64,000 nt of DNA from Eledone cirrhosa (GCA_964016885.1 OZ024741.1:96410001-96474000); one strand, 5' to 3'; shown: positions 50,981 to 64,000, counted from the first letter of the stretch. Translations and numbers: made by a program. Notes: generated by a model from the sequence alone, not told the origin.

Positions 50981-53544
50981 GGCGAGAACCGCACTAGACT
51001 AGTTCTTCAACGTGAAATACGAAGGTTGTATTGTCAGAAGTAGAACACGTGCTCTAAGAAACGAGGGAGCCAAAGCTATTAGCTGGGCTCGAGTGGCAGA
51101 GGCGAAAAGTGGCAACAAATCCACAATTCGGTCTTTGCAAGACAAAGATGGACGCATTATACTTGAATCCAAGCAGATGTGCGCGGCCTTCCAGCAGCAT
51201 TTTGCACAACTGTTCGGGCAAAGCGGTACATCGAGCGAGGTGATGGACTTCAGCTCCTACCTCGACGGCGTACCGCGACTCTCGAGCACGGATGCGGAGA
51301 GTTGCGAAAGGACGATCACAGCGGGCGAAATAGAAGATGCCCTAGGCCGCTGCGGGAAACGCAAATCATCCGGTTTAGATGGTCTACCCTATGAGTTTTA
51401 CATAGGCATGCCAGACTTGATCTCTGGCGTCCTCGAAGCGGTCTACTGCAACTGGCAACAGAACGGGAGGATTCCCAGTTCTGTAGGCAGAGGCGTAGTA
51501 ACGCTGATCAGGAAAGATGAGAACAAGGGGGATGAGATATGCAATTTCAGGCCCATAACTCTGCTCAACACAGAGTTAAAGATTTTGGCGAAGGTGTTAG
51601 CAGCAAGGCTGCCGCTTGTCGTCGAGAACCTGGTAGGGAAGCCCAAACGTGTGCAATCCAGACCAGGTCCATACACGACAACCTCCACCTCATGCGATAC
51701 ATCATACAGAGTGTAGGGTGTAAACCTGGCTTTGGTGGGGCTCTGATCAATTTAGATCAGTCTAAGGCATTTGATAGGGTCGACCATCAATAATTGGAAA
51801 CAGTTCTCAAGGCGACCGGCTTCGGTCCCGTCTTCAGAGACTGGATCGTTGCCATGCACACCAGCATCTGCTCAGCAGTCAAGGTGAATGGCTACCTATC
51901 AGAGCCATTCCAAATCATGTGTTCCATCCGTCAGGGATGCCCTCTCTCCTCCATTCTGTATGTACAGACTCTCGAGCCGTTACAGCAGAAATTGGAGCTG
52001 TTGCAGGGCATCCCGATCGAACCAGGACTGCGGAAAGCATCGTTGGCCTATGCTGACGACATAACTGTAATGGTGTCGAAAACCTCAGAAATCGGGGTAA
52101 TCGGCGACCTATTACAGGAATACGAAACGTTGACAGGAGCAAGACTAAACCCAAACAGATCTGTCGGTTTGCAACTCGGCACACGGAGAGGCAAACCCAT
52201 GCCTACCGACAGTGTCGTTGGACGCTGGACGGAAGGACCGGTGGAATTGCTCGGAGTCTGGTTCATTCCAGATCTCCAGGTGGACAAGAACTGGAACGAG
52301 GTCACGGCGAAGGTGTTTGCACTCACCCAGAAGTGGGCTGAGTGCAAACTCTCCTTGAAAGTTCGAGCGGAGGTGGGGCACACTTACATTGCGTCCCTCA
52401 TCTACTACCGCTTGACAGTCGTGCCTTGCCTCCGCGAATACCTTACCAAAATGGAACGCCTACTCTTTAAGTTCCTCTGGAAGAAACAGGCTCCATTGGT
52501 GAGGAGATCCATCTGCTGTCAACACCCGTCTAACAGAGGGCTGGGAATGCCGTGGCTGATGATGCGCAAACATGCGCTGAGGCTACGCCATCTCCAGGTA
52601 TTCCTGACCGGCGAACCGGTGTTGCTGTCGCTTGTGAGACAAGCTCTTCCACAATTCGTCTCACTAACAGAGCTGCAGTCCTAGGACGTTCTCGGGGAAA
52701 CTTCAGGCACCGAGGAGGACGAACTATCCAGTCTGTTCGGGAGGACTTTCCGTCCAGGGCCTATGGTTAACTTCCAGAGGTCTCTGGCCTGGCAGTGCTA
52801 CCGAGGAGCTCTACCAGTTCGAGACAAAATCTACAGACAGGGACGCCCTGGCAGAGATCCTGCCAAAAGGACCTGTCCAAGATGCGAGCAGGACATCGAA
52901 ACCGTTCTGCGCGCAATTGTTCAGTGCCCAGAGGTGACCGACCTGTGGAATTATGTCGAACAACTGCTGTCACGTGTGGGACGCATCCAGTTATCAGCCG
53001 AGTCCATCGTGAGGATCACCCCGCCGCCTTCATTTCAGAACGAAGGAGAGGCGGTTTTCATCTGTCTGGTGGCTATGGCGAAAGAGGCAATATGGTGGAC
53101 GAGATTAAAAGGACTGAGGGCAAACACCTTTCCCTCCGGACAACAACTTATCCCCCTCTTTAAGTATCACTTCAGAAGGAAGGTGAGAGTGGAGAGAGAG
53201 GTGCTACACCCCAGTAAATTCGCTGAAAGGTGGGTGAATGTGGCAAAAATGGCCCGAGTGAATGGGCCTTCTCTGTATATAAACCTGTAGGTTGAGGAAG
53301 ATAAACAGAGGGAAGACAGGAACACCTACAAAACCTGTTCCTGGTGTTGAGGGTTGTTCTATCCACGGGGTGTAAAACAACCCTGCAGTAACGTTCTCCC
53401 CTACTGGGGATTTCAATTGTTATTTTATTATATATAGTTTATTGTTATTTATTAATGTTAAAGTTATTTTTATGTAAAAAACCCGCCGGCACGTCTTGTA
53501 ATGTCCCATTTTTGTACGCCCCTGTGGCAAATAAAGAAAGATAT

Positions 53545-53545
<1 letters not shown>
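50981..53545 (+). mobile_element. Tx1-clade LINE copy B, 5'-truncated with an internal deletion near 52684, followed by (TATC)n
   Basis: NFRPITLLN, DQSKAFDRV, QGCPLS, YADD, C-terminal CPRC; stops and frameshift. Confidence 0.92.
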
Positions 53546-53606
<61 letters not shown>

Positions 53607-53831
53607 CTCTATCAGTCGTGTGTCACTTCGCGGAGAAGTTTCCGTTAATTTATGTAAGAAAAAAAACGTGAGTTTTTAGTTAAATTTTATATCATTATGT
53701 AACTTGACCACCCGTCTGGACCTTCAGGTGGTGGGTCAACTCATTTTCGCCCCTTCAGGGGCGGAATATCCATTTAAAAAATTTTTCTCCATCGAATCTT
53801 GGAAAAAATATTGTAAAATTTTGATTACGTT

Positions 53832-55731
53832 ATGAACGCTGCGTCCAACGATAATGGTGGTGGAGAGGCGGTAAGACTACAAAGCTCGCAGTCAACAACG
53901 TCTTCTTCACTAGATACTATAGAGATGGAAAGACAAAATGAAAATAAAAAAAACGAATTCACATCCAAACAACACAAATGACACCAAACAGCTCAATGAC
54001 AACAAAAATAACAGCAAAACCAATAATGATAACAACAACAAAGAAAAAAATAAAGACAACGCCAATAACACCAGCATCAAAGACAACAACAACACCAAGG
54101 AAAATACGGATGATACCAACATCGGTGACAACAAGAATAACAACAACAATAACAACAATAATGACAACACCACCAATACGGATTCCACAAAGAAACCAAA
54201 AATCTCCTTTGCGGAGAAAGTTCAAAAGAAAGAACAATTGATATATCTCGACATAACAAATGCTGAACACCTTTTAAAGGACGCTAAGAGATATGTCACC
54301 TTCGAAAAAAATGGTGCTTTCAGCATCAATTCTCCGGTAGAAATTCGCAAGGAAACTGCTCTCAAAACGATAGTTTTTAGGACAGTTTCCAATTCTACCC
54401 GAAAACCAGTCCAATTGTCACAGAAAGATATTGAACTGGTTTTCAAAGATTCAATGAATGATATTGCTTTCATTCAAAGAAGCAAACTTTTTGGGAGTAT
54501 TTCGGTACTCATGAAGGATCAATTGACGGCCCAAAGTTACTCTGTGTCGCCAATTGTATCCAACCTGTACACCTTTTTCCCTACATACATGGGAAAAAGG
54601 ACACAAAAGATCAGAATCACAAGTGTCACACCAAAGGTGAACATATGGTGGATACTGTGCGGCTTCATCAATTTTGATGAAGACAGAATACTGTCAGTAG
54701 GCAAGTCCCCCAGAGATATATTCAATGGGACTAGCATTGAAGTTCTGGTGCAAATGAGCCCAGAGCGAATAGCTATGATCCCATAGCGTGTACTCCTGGA
54801 CGGACTCACCTACATAAACCTTTCGGTTGAGGGTAGGCGGCCTTCATGTTACCATTGCTTTAGCAGGGGTCACCTGAGGGCTTCCTGTCCTAAACTAATG
54901 AACCAAAAAAAGGCTCTTCTGCCGACACCCATCAAAACAACACAACCACCAACACCACCACAACAACAACAACACCAACACACAAAAATAACCACAACAA
55001 ACACAGTCCCACCCAACCCCACTCCACCTAAAACCACTGCAAAATCACATACAGACACAACAGCTCCCCAAGACATACCCCTCCCCAATCACACAGACGA
55101 TACAACAGATGAGGCTATCTCGCCATCACCCAGTGAAGACGAGGGAGAACCCCATCGCTCGAAAAGAAAGAAAAGACATCACAAAAGCAAAAAACCAGCA
55201 AACACTACCACAAACATACAACCACCAACACAAACAACAAAAATATCACAAACAAAACCCCCACCTCCTGAAAACAAAATACCTACAACAAAACGAAAGC
55301 ACACACAAGAACTACAGACAAAAACAAACACAACACAAGAAAATTACACTTACACTTACATAAACACTGAAAACAAAACACTAATGGAGACCATCACGAA
55401 CGACCCTTCGGTTTTCACCGAAGGGAAAACTTTCGCCCACTCTATAAAAAATAGCAAAAAACTGAACCTTAAACTGATTAGGGTCCCTATACAAACTTAT
55501 AGGTCCCCAAAAGAAACATTTGAGAAGGATGTGGGGAATTCCTGCGTGAAACCACTCAACCGCGTCCTTCTCAAATGCCTCCCCGCCCCAGACACCCCCA
55601 TCCCACCAGACCCCACCCCACCAAACATCTGCGTCCCCACCCCGCCGGAAACCACCACCCATCCAGACAACCCCTCCAACACCCCCATGGAAATTGTGCG
55701 GCCTGGTCCCCAGGAGGCGAAGGGTGAGTGA
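53832..55731 (+). pseudogene. Tx1 ORF1 (gag-like, zinc knuckle)
   Basis: ATG at 53832 with a frameshift in the A-run at ~53945; in-frame TAG at 54784-54786 reads through into VEGRRPS-CYHCFSRGHLRASC and the Pro/Thr-rich tail. Confidence 0.8.
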
Positions 55732-55764
55732 TCTCTTTTCCTCTTTTAACTTTTCAGCACCAAC

Positions 55765-58700
55765 ATGGCCAATATAAGAGTTGGATGTGTGAACGTACGC
55801 GGCCTGGGGATGCCCTGGAAACAGGGCAAACTCTTAAACGACCTCAGGTCGCACAGTTTGGATGTGGTAGCCATTTGCGAGTCCAGGATCCACGGCGAGC
55901 GACAGCTGGCCCCCATCTTCGATGACTTTGAGATCTACGCATCTCTCTGTCAACCGGGGGGTGGCGGCGGAGTTGCCGTTTTGCTGCGGAAACACCTGGG
56001 CCTCGTAACACAGACGGTACATCTGGACCCGGAGGGTCGACTGGTGGTCCTAGACGTTGACGGTAGTGAAGGTGGAGCGTTCAGGCTGGTGGCCGCATAT
56101 GCCCCATCCGGGACACCGCGCCCAGACTTCTTCAAACGTCTAGAGACTTTTCTGGGAACGTCCCGCTCCTTGCTTTTAGTGGGGGACTGGAATGGAATCC
56201 TAGATGCACGTTGGGACTATGTGGGAGCATGTCCCGATAAAGGGGGGTGTAACAGCCTCAAACAGTTAATCGACTGATTTGACCTGGCCGATAGATATCG
56301 ACTAGATTTTCCGACTGCGCCACTGTGGACGTGGAGTAATCGTAGCGGAACATCTAGATCGTACCTAGATAGGGTTCTAGTTAGAAATAAGGATAGGGAC
56401 ATGTTAAGCTGTCCACAAATGTTCATGGTTGCCTATTCAGATCACAAACTAGTGACCTGCATAGCCAACCTTGATAGAACCCATAGACAAGGACCCGGCT
56501 ACTGGAAGCTGAACTTGTCGTTACCGACAAGCAAAGCCTACAGTAGACGGATTAGCACTTTAGTTAAACAGCACTTGACAGGGGCCATTGTCAACAACAG
56601 ATGGTGGTACTCTCTCAAGAGGGCAGCTAGATTAGACTCGATAGTTTTTAGTAAAGAATTAGCGTTAGATAGAAATAGAACCGAGAAGGAACTGGTAGAT
56701 AAAGTAGAAGAGGCAATTAGAAGTGGCAACGTAGCCAGCGTGCTAGCAACGAGAACGGCCTTGGACCAGTTCTTCGACGCAAAGCACGAGGGCTGCGTTG
56801 TCAGAAGCAAAATACGTGCTCTGGGAAACGAGGGAGCCAAAGCTGTTAGCTGGGCCCGAGTGACGGAGGCAAAAAGTGGCAACAAGTCCACGATTCGGTC
56901 TTTGAAGGACCAAAACGGACGCGTGATACGTGAGCCGAAGCAGATGTGTGCGGCTTTTCAGCGGCACTTTGCTCGGCTTTTCGGGGGGAGCGGCGCGCCG
57001 GGAGAGGCTATGGATTTCGGTCCATACCTCGACGGCCTACCGCGACTCTCGGACAGCGAGGCGAAGTTCTGCGAAAAGCCGATTTCAGCCACTGAGATAG
57101 GGGACGCGCTGAGCCAATGCGGCAAACGCAAATCTCCAGGTCTCGACGGTCTACCCTACGAATTTTACGTAGCAATGCCGGACTTATTCTCCGGTCTCCT
57201 GGAAGCGGTCTACTGCAACTGGCAACAGAACGGGAGAATTCCCAGTTCTGTAACCGGGGGCGTGGTCACACTAATCAGGAAGGACGAGAATAAGGGGGAT
57301 GACATAGGCAACTTCCGGCCCATAACACTGCTAAACACAGAGTTACAGATTTTGGCCAAGGTGTTGGCAAAGAGGCTGGCGCTTGTCGTCGAGAACCTGG
57401 TGGGAGAAGCGCAGACATGCGCGATCCCGACCAGGTCCATAAACGACAACCTCCACCTCATGTGATACATCATAGAGAGGGTAGGGTGTAAACCCGGCTT
57501 CGGTGGGGCCCTGATCAACTTGGATCAGTCTAAGGCTTTCGATAGGGTTGACCATCGTTACCTGGATGCGGTGCTCGAGGCGGCAGGCTTCGGACCCGTG
57601 TTCAGGGGCTGGATTGCTGCAATGCACAACAGCAACATCTGCTCAAGGGTCAAGGTGAACGGTTACCTCTCGGAGCCGTTCCATATTACGCGATCCATTC
57701 GACAGGGATGCCCTCTCTCCTCCCTTCTGTACGTACTGACTCTCGAGCCACTATTGCGGAAGCTGGAGCTATTGCAGGGCATCCCTCTGGAACCGGGACT
57801 GCGGAAAGCGGCGTAGGCCTACGCCGACGACGTGACAGTAATGGTGTCGAGTGCCTCGCAAATCGAGGAAGTCGGCACCTTACTAAAGGAATACGAAAGT
57901 CTCACAGGAGCGAAGCTGAACCGGGACAAGTCCATCGGTTTGCAACTCGGATCGTGGAGAGGCAGACCGATGCCTACCGATGGCGTCGTCGGACGCTGGA
58001 CGGAAGGACCGGTAAAGCTGCTCGGGGTCTGGTTTGGTCCGGACCTCCAGGTGGAGAAGAACTGGAACGAAGTGACGGCCAAGGTGTTTGCACTCACCCA
58101 GAAGTGGGCCGAGTGCAAACTATCCTTGAAAGGTCGAGCGGAGGTGGCGAACACTTTTATAGCGTCCGCCATCTACTACCGCTTGACCGTCGTGCCTTGT
58201 CCAGCCAAAACGCTCGCCAAAATGGAGCGCGCGCTCTTCCGATTCCTTTGGAAGAGGCGGGCTCCTTTGGTGAGAAGATCCATCTGCTGCCAACACTCTT
58301 CTAACGGAGTGCTGGGGATGCCGTGGTTGACGATGCGCAAACACGCGCTCAGGCTGCGGCATCTCTACGTATTCCTCACCGGACAACCGGTGTGGGCCCC
58401 GTTCGTGAGGCGAGCCTTCCCACGACTCGTCTCGCTGACCGAGATGCAGTCCTGGATCAAGCAGAGACCGAGGAAAATGGGCGACTGGCACATCGAATGT
58501 GCTCAGGCGCTCACAGCCCTCTGGCAGGCGGACCCGGTGATCAGTGGAGACTCCACTTCATCATTCTATAGAGGATTGGTCCGCAGCAAGTGCGACGACG
58601 CGCTCGGTGAAACTCTAGGCGTAGAGGAAGATGAACTGGCCAGTCTGTTCGGTAGGATCTTCCGCCCGGGACCGATGGACAACTTCCAAAAGTCCCTGGC

Positions 58701-59199
58701 CTGGCAGTGCTACCGAGGAGCTCTACCAGTTCGAGACAAGCTCTACAGACATGGGCGCCCGGGCAGGGACCCTGCAAAAAAGATCTGTCTGAGGTGCGTG
58801 CGAGACGAAGAAACCGTCGCGCACGCATTCATACACTGCCCGGGCGTCACTGACCTGTGGGGCTATGTAGAACGACTATTGTCGCGGGTGGGACCAATCC
58901 AGTTGACCACCGAGTCCATTGTCATGATCAAACCGCCACCCTCCTTCAAAAACGAAGGAGAGGCGGTTTTCCTTTGTGTGATAGCTATGGCGAAAGAGGT
59001 ATGGTGGACAAGGTTGAAAGGGCTGAGGTCAGACACCTTTCTCTCCGGCCAACAACTGATTCTTTTTTTCAAATACCACTTTGGAAGAAGAATCAGGATG
59101 GAGAGAGAGGTGCTGTACCCCAGCAAGTTTTATGAAAGGTGGGTGAAAGTGGCGAGAATGGCCCGAGTGAATGGGCCTTCTCTCTATATCAGCCTGTAG
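55765..59199 (+). pseudogene. Tx1 ORF2 (APE + RT + CCHC), single frame with three premature stops
   Basis: NVRGL, E, YAP, GDWN, YLDRV, SDH, PGYWKLN, PGLDG, QGCPLS, YADD (~57820), CLRC...H...C; stops end at 56277, 57465 and 57816 and the flanking ORFs share one frame. Confidence 0.93.
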
Positions 59200-59436
59200 G
59201 TTGAGGAAAAGGAGGAGGAGAGGAAAGGAGTACAAGCTCTTCGTACTCCTGGAGATGAGGGTTGCACATTTTTTTTCGGGGGTATGTGTTACCCATATAA
59301 ACTGTCTCCCTCTATTGGAGAAAATCGACTAACTTTTAAATTCCATCTGTGATAACATTTTACACGTTTTTATTGTATGTAAACTTCCCCCTTTGTATTT
59401 GTCCCCTTCTTTTGTGCCCCTGTGGCTAATAAAGAA

Positions 59437-59484
<48 letters not shown>

Positions 59485-59502
59485 ATCTATCTATCTATCT
59501 AT

Positions 59503-60540
59503 TGTGCGCACCGTCTGTGAGACAGGCCTTCCCACAACTTATCTCGCTGACAGAGCTGCAGTCCTGAGTCAAGCGAAGACCGAAGAAGATGGGCGCCTGG
59601 CACATTGAATGCACCCAGGAGTTCACAGTGCTCTGACAAGCGCGCACAGCAGTCAGTGGAGACTCCACTTCGACATTATATAGAGGGTTAGTACTTTACA
59701 AGTGCCATGAGGTGCTCGGGGAGACTCTAGGCGTCGAAGACGACGAGCTCACCAGTCTGTTCGGTAGGACTTTCCGCCCGGGACCTATGGACAACTTCCA
59801 GGGGTCCCTGGCCTGGCAGTGCTACCGAGGAGCTCTACCCGTTCGAGATAAGATCTGCAGGCACGGACGCCCCGGCAGGGATCCTTCCAAGAGGACGTGT
59901 CCAAGATGCGAGCAGGACATTGAAACCGTCTTGCACGCAATTGTACACTGCCCGTGCGTAAGCGACCTGTGGAACTATGCAGAACAACTGCTGTCGCGTA
60001 TGGGACAAATCTAGTTGACTGCCGAGTCATTAGTAAGGATCAAACCTCCAGCCTCTTTCAAAAACGAAAGAGAGGCGGATTTCCTCTGTACAGTGGCAAG
60101 GTGAAAGAAGTTATATGGTGGACGAGGTTGAGAGGACTGAGGATAGATGCCTTTCTCTCCGGACAACAATCGATTCCCTTCTTTAAGTATCACTTTAGAA
60201 GAAGAATCAGAGTGGAGAGAGAGGCACTGCACCCCAGTAATTTACTGAAAGGTGGGTGAATGAATCGAAAATGGCCCTAGCGATTGGGCCTTCTCTGTTT
60301 ATAAGAAGAGAGCAAAAGGAAGAAGGGAGCACTTGCACAACACGCTCCTGAAGTTGAGGGTTGTTCTATCGACGGGGTATTAAACAACCCATTTGTGGCG
60401 TCTCCCCCCTATTGGGGATTTCGATTGTTATAATTGTTTGTTTTATATTTTTTTTTTTACACGATTATATGTAAAATCCCCGGCATGTGTCTTTGTATTG
60501 TCCCCTTTTCTTGTGCGCCCTTGTGGCAAATAAAAAAATC
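59503..60540 (+). mobile_element. Tx1-clade LINE copy D, short degraded 3' fragment, followed by (TATC)n 60545-60577
   Basis: SLAWQCYRGALPVRDK, CPRC..H..HC, 3'UTR motif. Confidence 0.9.
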
Positions 60541-60543
60541 TGC

Positions 60544-60577
<34 letters not shown>

Positions 60578-60612
60578 GTTTGTGTGTATGTATGTCTATC
60601 TATCGCACCCTT

Positions 60613-60643
<31 letters not shown>

Positions 60644-60691
60644 AAATATATATATATATATATAGGAACGAGTAGGACCCCGACCCTTCGT

Positions 60692-60724
<33 letters not shown>

Positions 60725-60919
60725 CTAGTTTTCTGTATATTAAATCTCAACCAATTTACAGCATAGTGTCAGGAAGTGATATTTAATCATATTGTTATTC
60801 GAAATGGTAATTAATAATTATGTAATTATGGTATTAATTATATTTCTCAATTATACATTAATTCTATAAACAACCAACTTTTTCGATATGGATTTTAACA
60901 TTTCTCTTATTACTGGTTT

Positions 60920-61022
60920 AAGAAGAAGAAGAAAAAGAAGAAGAAGAAGAAGAAGAAGAAGAAGAAGAAGAAGAAGAAGAAGAAGAAGAAGAAGAAGAAG
61001 AAGAAGAAGAAGAAGAAGAAAA
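60920..61022. repeat. (AAG)n microsatellite
   Basis: Nearly pure run. Confidence 0.97.
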
Positions 61023-61029
61023 AGATTAA

Positions 61030-61138
61030 TAATAATAATAATAATTGTTTCTACTTTTGGCACAAGGCCATCAATTACACAGTACATTACTGGTACTTTA
61101 TTTTATCGACCCCGTAAGGATGAAAGGCAAAGTTAACC
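61030..61138 (-). mobile_element. 3' half of a Deu/Nin-type SINE, cut off by Tx1 copy E
   Basis: GTTTCTACTTTTGGCACAAGGCC...TTTATCGACCCCGTAAGGATGAAAGGCAAAGTTAACC ends abruptly at the LINE tail. Confidence 0.85.
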
Positions 61139-64000
61139 TATAATAATGATTTCATTTATTGGCCACAAGGGCCGACATATAGGGGACAACACAATAGAGA
61201 GGGACAGTGGGGGTTTACATAGAGATCGAGTAAGTATAAATAACAAAAAAACAAAATAACAATAAAAATACAACAATGAAAGTTCCCCAATAAGACGGAT
61301 CACCACCCAGGGTTGACTCAAGCACCCCACCAGTCCTGAGCCACCCGACGCTCCTAGGGCACCCGGGAAGGGCACCCCTCTCCTTCTCGAATTCACCAGC
61401 CTACAGGCGCATGATCAGAGTAGGCCCACTCACGCGGGCCATTCTCGCCACATTCACCCACCTTTCAGTAAATGTACTGGGGGGCAGCACTTCTCTCTCC
61501 ACCCTCACCTTCCTTTCCAAGTGAAACTTGAAGAAGTTGATGAGGGATTGGCCGAAGAGAAAAGTGTCTGTCTTCAGTCCTTTCAACCTGGTCCACCATG
61601 CAACCTCTTTCGCTACTGCCACCAGGCAGAGGAAAATTGCCTGCCCTTCCTGACCAAAAGAAGGCGGCGGGTCAATCTTCACTATGGACTCGGACGATAG
61701 CCGGATCCGTTCTACACGCGACAATAGCTGTTCGACATAACCCCACAAGTCAGCAATGCACGGACACTGGACGAGTGCGTGCAGAACGGTTTCGTCGCTC
61801 TGCGCGCATCTCGGGCAGGTTCGTCTGACAGCACTTCCGTGCCTGTAGAGTTTATCCCGAACCGGCAGCGCCCCCCGGTAGCACTGCCAAGCGAGGGATT
61901 TCTGGAAGTTATCCATCGTCCCCGGCTCGAAAGTCCTCCGGAACATACTGGTCAGTTCTACTTCGTTGACGCCTAGAACCTCTCCTAGTACGTCATCGTA
62001 CTTGCCCTCCACTAATCCTCTATAGAAATCTTGAGTGGAAGTTCCACTGACCGCATTGCCCACCTTGCAGAGTGCAGTGAGCGCCTGGCAACATTCCAGA
62101 TGCCAGTCGCCCAGTCTCGGTCTCTTCTTGACCCAGGACTGCAGCTCAGTCAAAGAGATGAGCTGCGGAAAGGCCCGTCTAACAAACGGCGACCACACCT
62201 GTTCACCGTTTAGGCAAAATATCTGGAGATGTCGCAGCCTCAGCGCATGTCTGCGCATCATTAGCCACGGCATGCCCAGCCCTCCACGAAGAGGGTGCTG
62301 GCAGCAGATGGACCGCCTCACCAACGGGACCCGTCCCCTCCACAAAAATTTGAAAAGGAGCCGTTCCAAATTGGCGAGGCGTGGACGGGGGCAAGGCACG
62401 ACGGTCAGGCGGTAGTAGATGACGGACGCGATGTACGCGTTCGCCACCTCCGCCCGCCCTTTCAGTGATATCTTTCTCTCAGCCCATTTCTGGGTGAGGT
62501 TGGCTATCCTGCTCGTCACCTCGTCCCAATTCTTATCCACCTGGAGGTCTGGTCCGAACCAAACCCCGAGCAACTTTACCGGTCCGTCTGTCCAGCGCCC
62601 AACGACGCTGTTGGACGGCATGGACTTGCCTCTCCAGGTGCCGAGCTGCAAGCCCACCGACTTTTCCGGGTTAAGTTTTGCTCCCGTCAACCTTTCATAT
62701 TCCTCCAAATGGGTGCGGATCACCTCGATTTCCGAGGTGTCCGACACCATCACTGTGATGTCATCCGCATAAGCGGACGCAGCCTTTCTGCGTCCCGGTT
62801 CGAGCGGGATGCCCTACAACAACTCCAGCTTCCGCAGTAGAGGCTCAAGAGTCAATACGTACAGAAGTGAGGAGAGAGGGCACCCTTGACGGACCGATCG
62901 AGAGATCTGAAACGGTTCCGAGAGGTGGCCATTAACTTTGACCACCGAGCAGATGCCGCTGTACATTGCAGCGATCCAGCTTCTGAAGACGGGGCCGAAG
63001 CCAGCCGCCTCGAGGACAGCCTCCAAGTACCGATTGTCGACCCTATCGAATGCTTTCGATTGATCTAAATTGATCAGAGCCCCACCGAAGCCAGGTTTGC
63101 ACCCAACCCTCTCTATGATGTATCGCATGAGGTGGAGGTTGTCGTGTATGGACCTGGTCGGGATTGCGCAAGTTTGCGCCTCCCCAACCAAATCTTTGAC
63201 GACAAGCGCCAACCTTTTCGCTAACACCTTGGCCAAAATCTTAAACTCTGTGTTGAGCAGGGTTATGGGCCTGAAATTATCTAGTGTGTCCCTCTTGTTC
63301 TCGTCTTTCCTTATCAGCGTCACTACGCCACGGCTCACAGAACTGGGAATGCTCCCGTTCTGCTGCCAGTTGCAGTAGAGCGCTTCGAGGAGATCGGAGA
63401 ACAAGTCTGGCATATTTACGTAAAGCTCGTAGGGCAGACCATCCAAACCGGGTGACTTGCGACTCGAGCAGCCGACAAGGGCGTCCTGAATTTCGACTGA
63501 TGTTATCGGCTCTTCGCAGCGCTCAGCGTCGGCCGTCGAGAGGCGTGGCAAGCCGTCGAGGTAGGGACTGAAGTCCGCCGCCGTCTCCGACTCACCCATC
63601 CTCCCGAACAATCGAGCAAAGTGCTGGCGAAAGGCCTCACACATCTGCTTGGAATCGCTCAGTTCGTGTCCATCTCGATCCGTCAAAGACCGAATTGTGG
63701 TTTTATTTCCACGCTGCGTCTCTGCAAAGCGAGCCCATCGGGCAGCTTTGGTTCCCTCGTTCCTCAGAGCACGCGCCTTAGCTCTGACAATGCAACCTTC
63801 GTGTTTCGCATTGAAGAAATGGTCTAGTGCCATTCTCGCCGCTAGCACGTCTGTTGCAATGCCACTACAAATAGCCTCGTCTAACTTAGCTATCAGCCCC
63901 TCCTCCTTTCTATTTTTCTCTATTGCTACTTCTTTGCTAAATCCTATCGAGGTTGCTCTAATCTCTCTTTTGAGTGCCCCCCACCACCTGTTGTTGACAA
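61139..64000 (-). mobile_element. Tx1-clade LINE copy E (different subfamily, short ATT tail), running off the window end
   Basis: ORF2 segments 62814-63848 and 61401-62753 in one frame separated by a TAG; RT and CCHC motifs; 3' GCCCTTGTGGCCAATAAATGAAATCATTATTA. Confidence 0.93.

Larger units (their letters stand above)
53614..59436 (+). mobile_element. Tx1-clade LINE copy C, full length (~5.8 kb), between (TATC)n tracts
   Basis: 5'UTR, ORF1 with CCHC, ORF2 APE-RT-CCHC, 3'UTR, (TATC)n 59437-59502. Confidence 0.93.

Noticed and set aside
56275-57816. Three in-frame stops in Tx1 ORF2 as recoding sites
   Set aside because: Sister copies have sense codons at the two positions that can be compared (e.g. 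CGA at the 57463 equivalent), consistent with CpG decay and point mutation.

Overview
Eukaryotic, AT-rich, repeat-saturated animal DNA. The SINE type and the extreme (TA)n/(CA)n/(GA)n density suggest a cephalopod such as Octopus, which is an inference. No host protein-coding gene could be supported, and most ORFs in the track are microsatellite translations. Two systems stand out. (1) From ~8.5 to ~48 kb, (TA)n tracts hold short non-coding modules carrying type I hammerhead ribozyme (HHR) motifs: about 20 complete or near-complete copies from at least 10 unrelated sequence families. Two of them sit at the 3' ends of recognisable Penelope-like elements (PLEs), one Naiad-type and one Neptune-type. 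Many modules are head-to-head palindromes or partial tandem repeats, several palindromes are centred on the ribozyme's own stem II, and several families share non-canonical cores (U.U or A.A closing stem II, U4A). (2) At 49.5-60.6 kb, four Tx1-clade non-LTR retrotransposons lie head to tail, each bounded by (TATC)n; one is full length with ORF1 and ORF2. A fifth, relative with a different tail lies on the minus strand inside a SINE. Also present are Deu/Nin-domain and CORE-type SINEs, RTE-clade LINE remnants, a mariner derivative, small MITEs, a Helitron-like element and two minisatellites. All folds were made by eye and none has been tested for activity.
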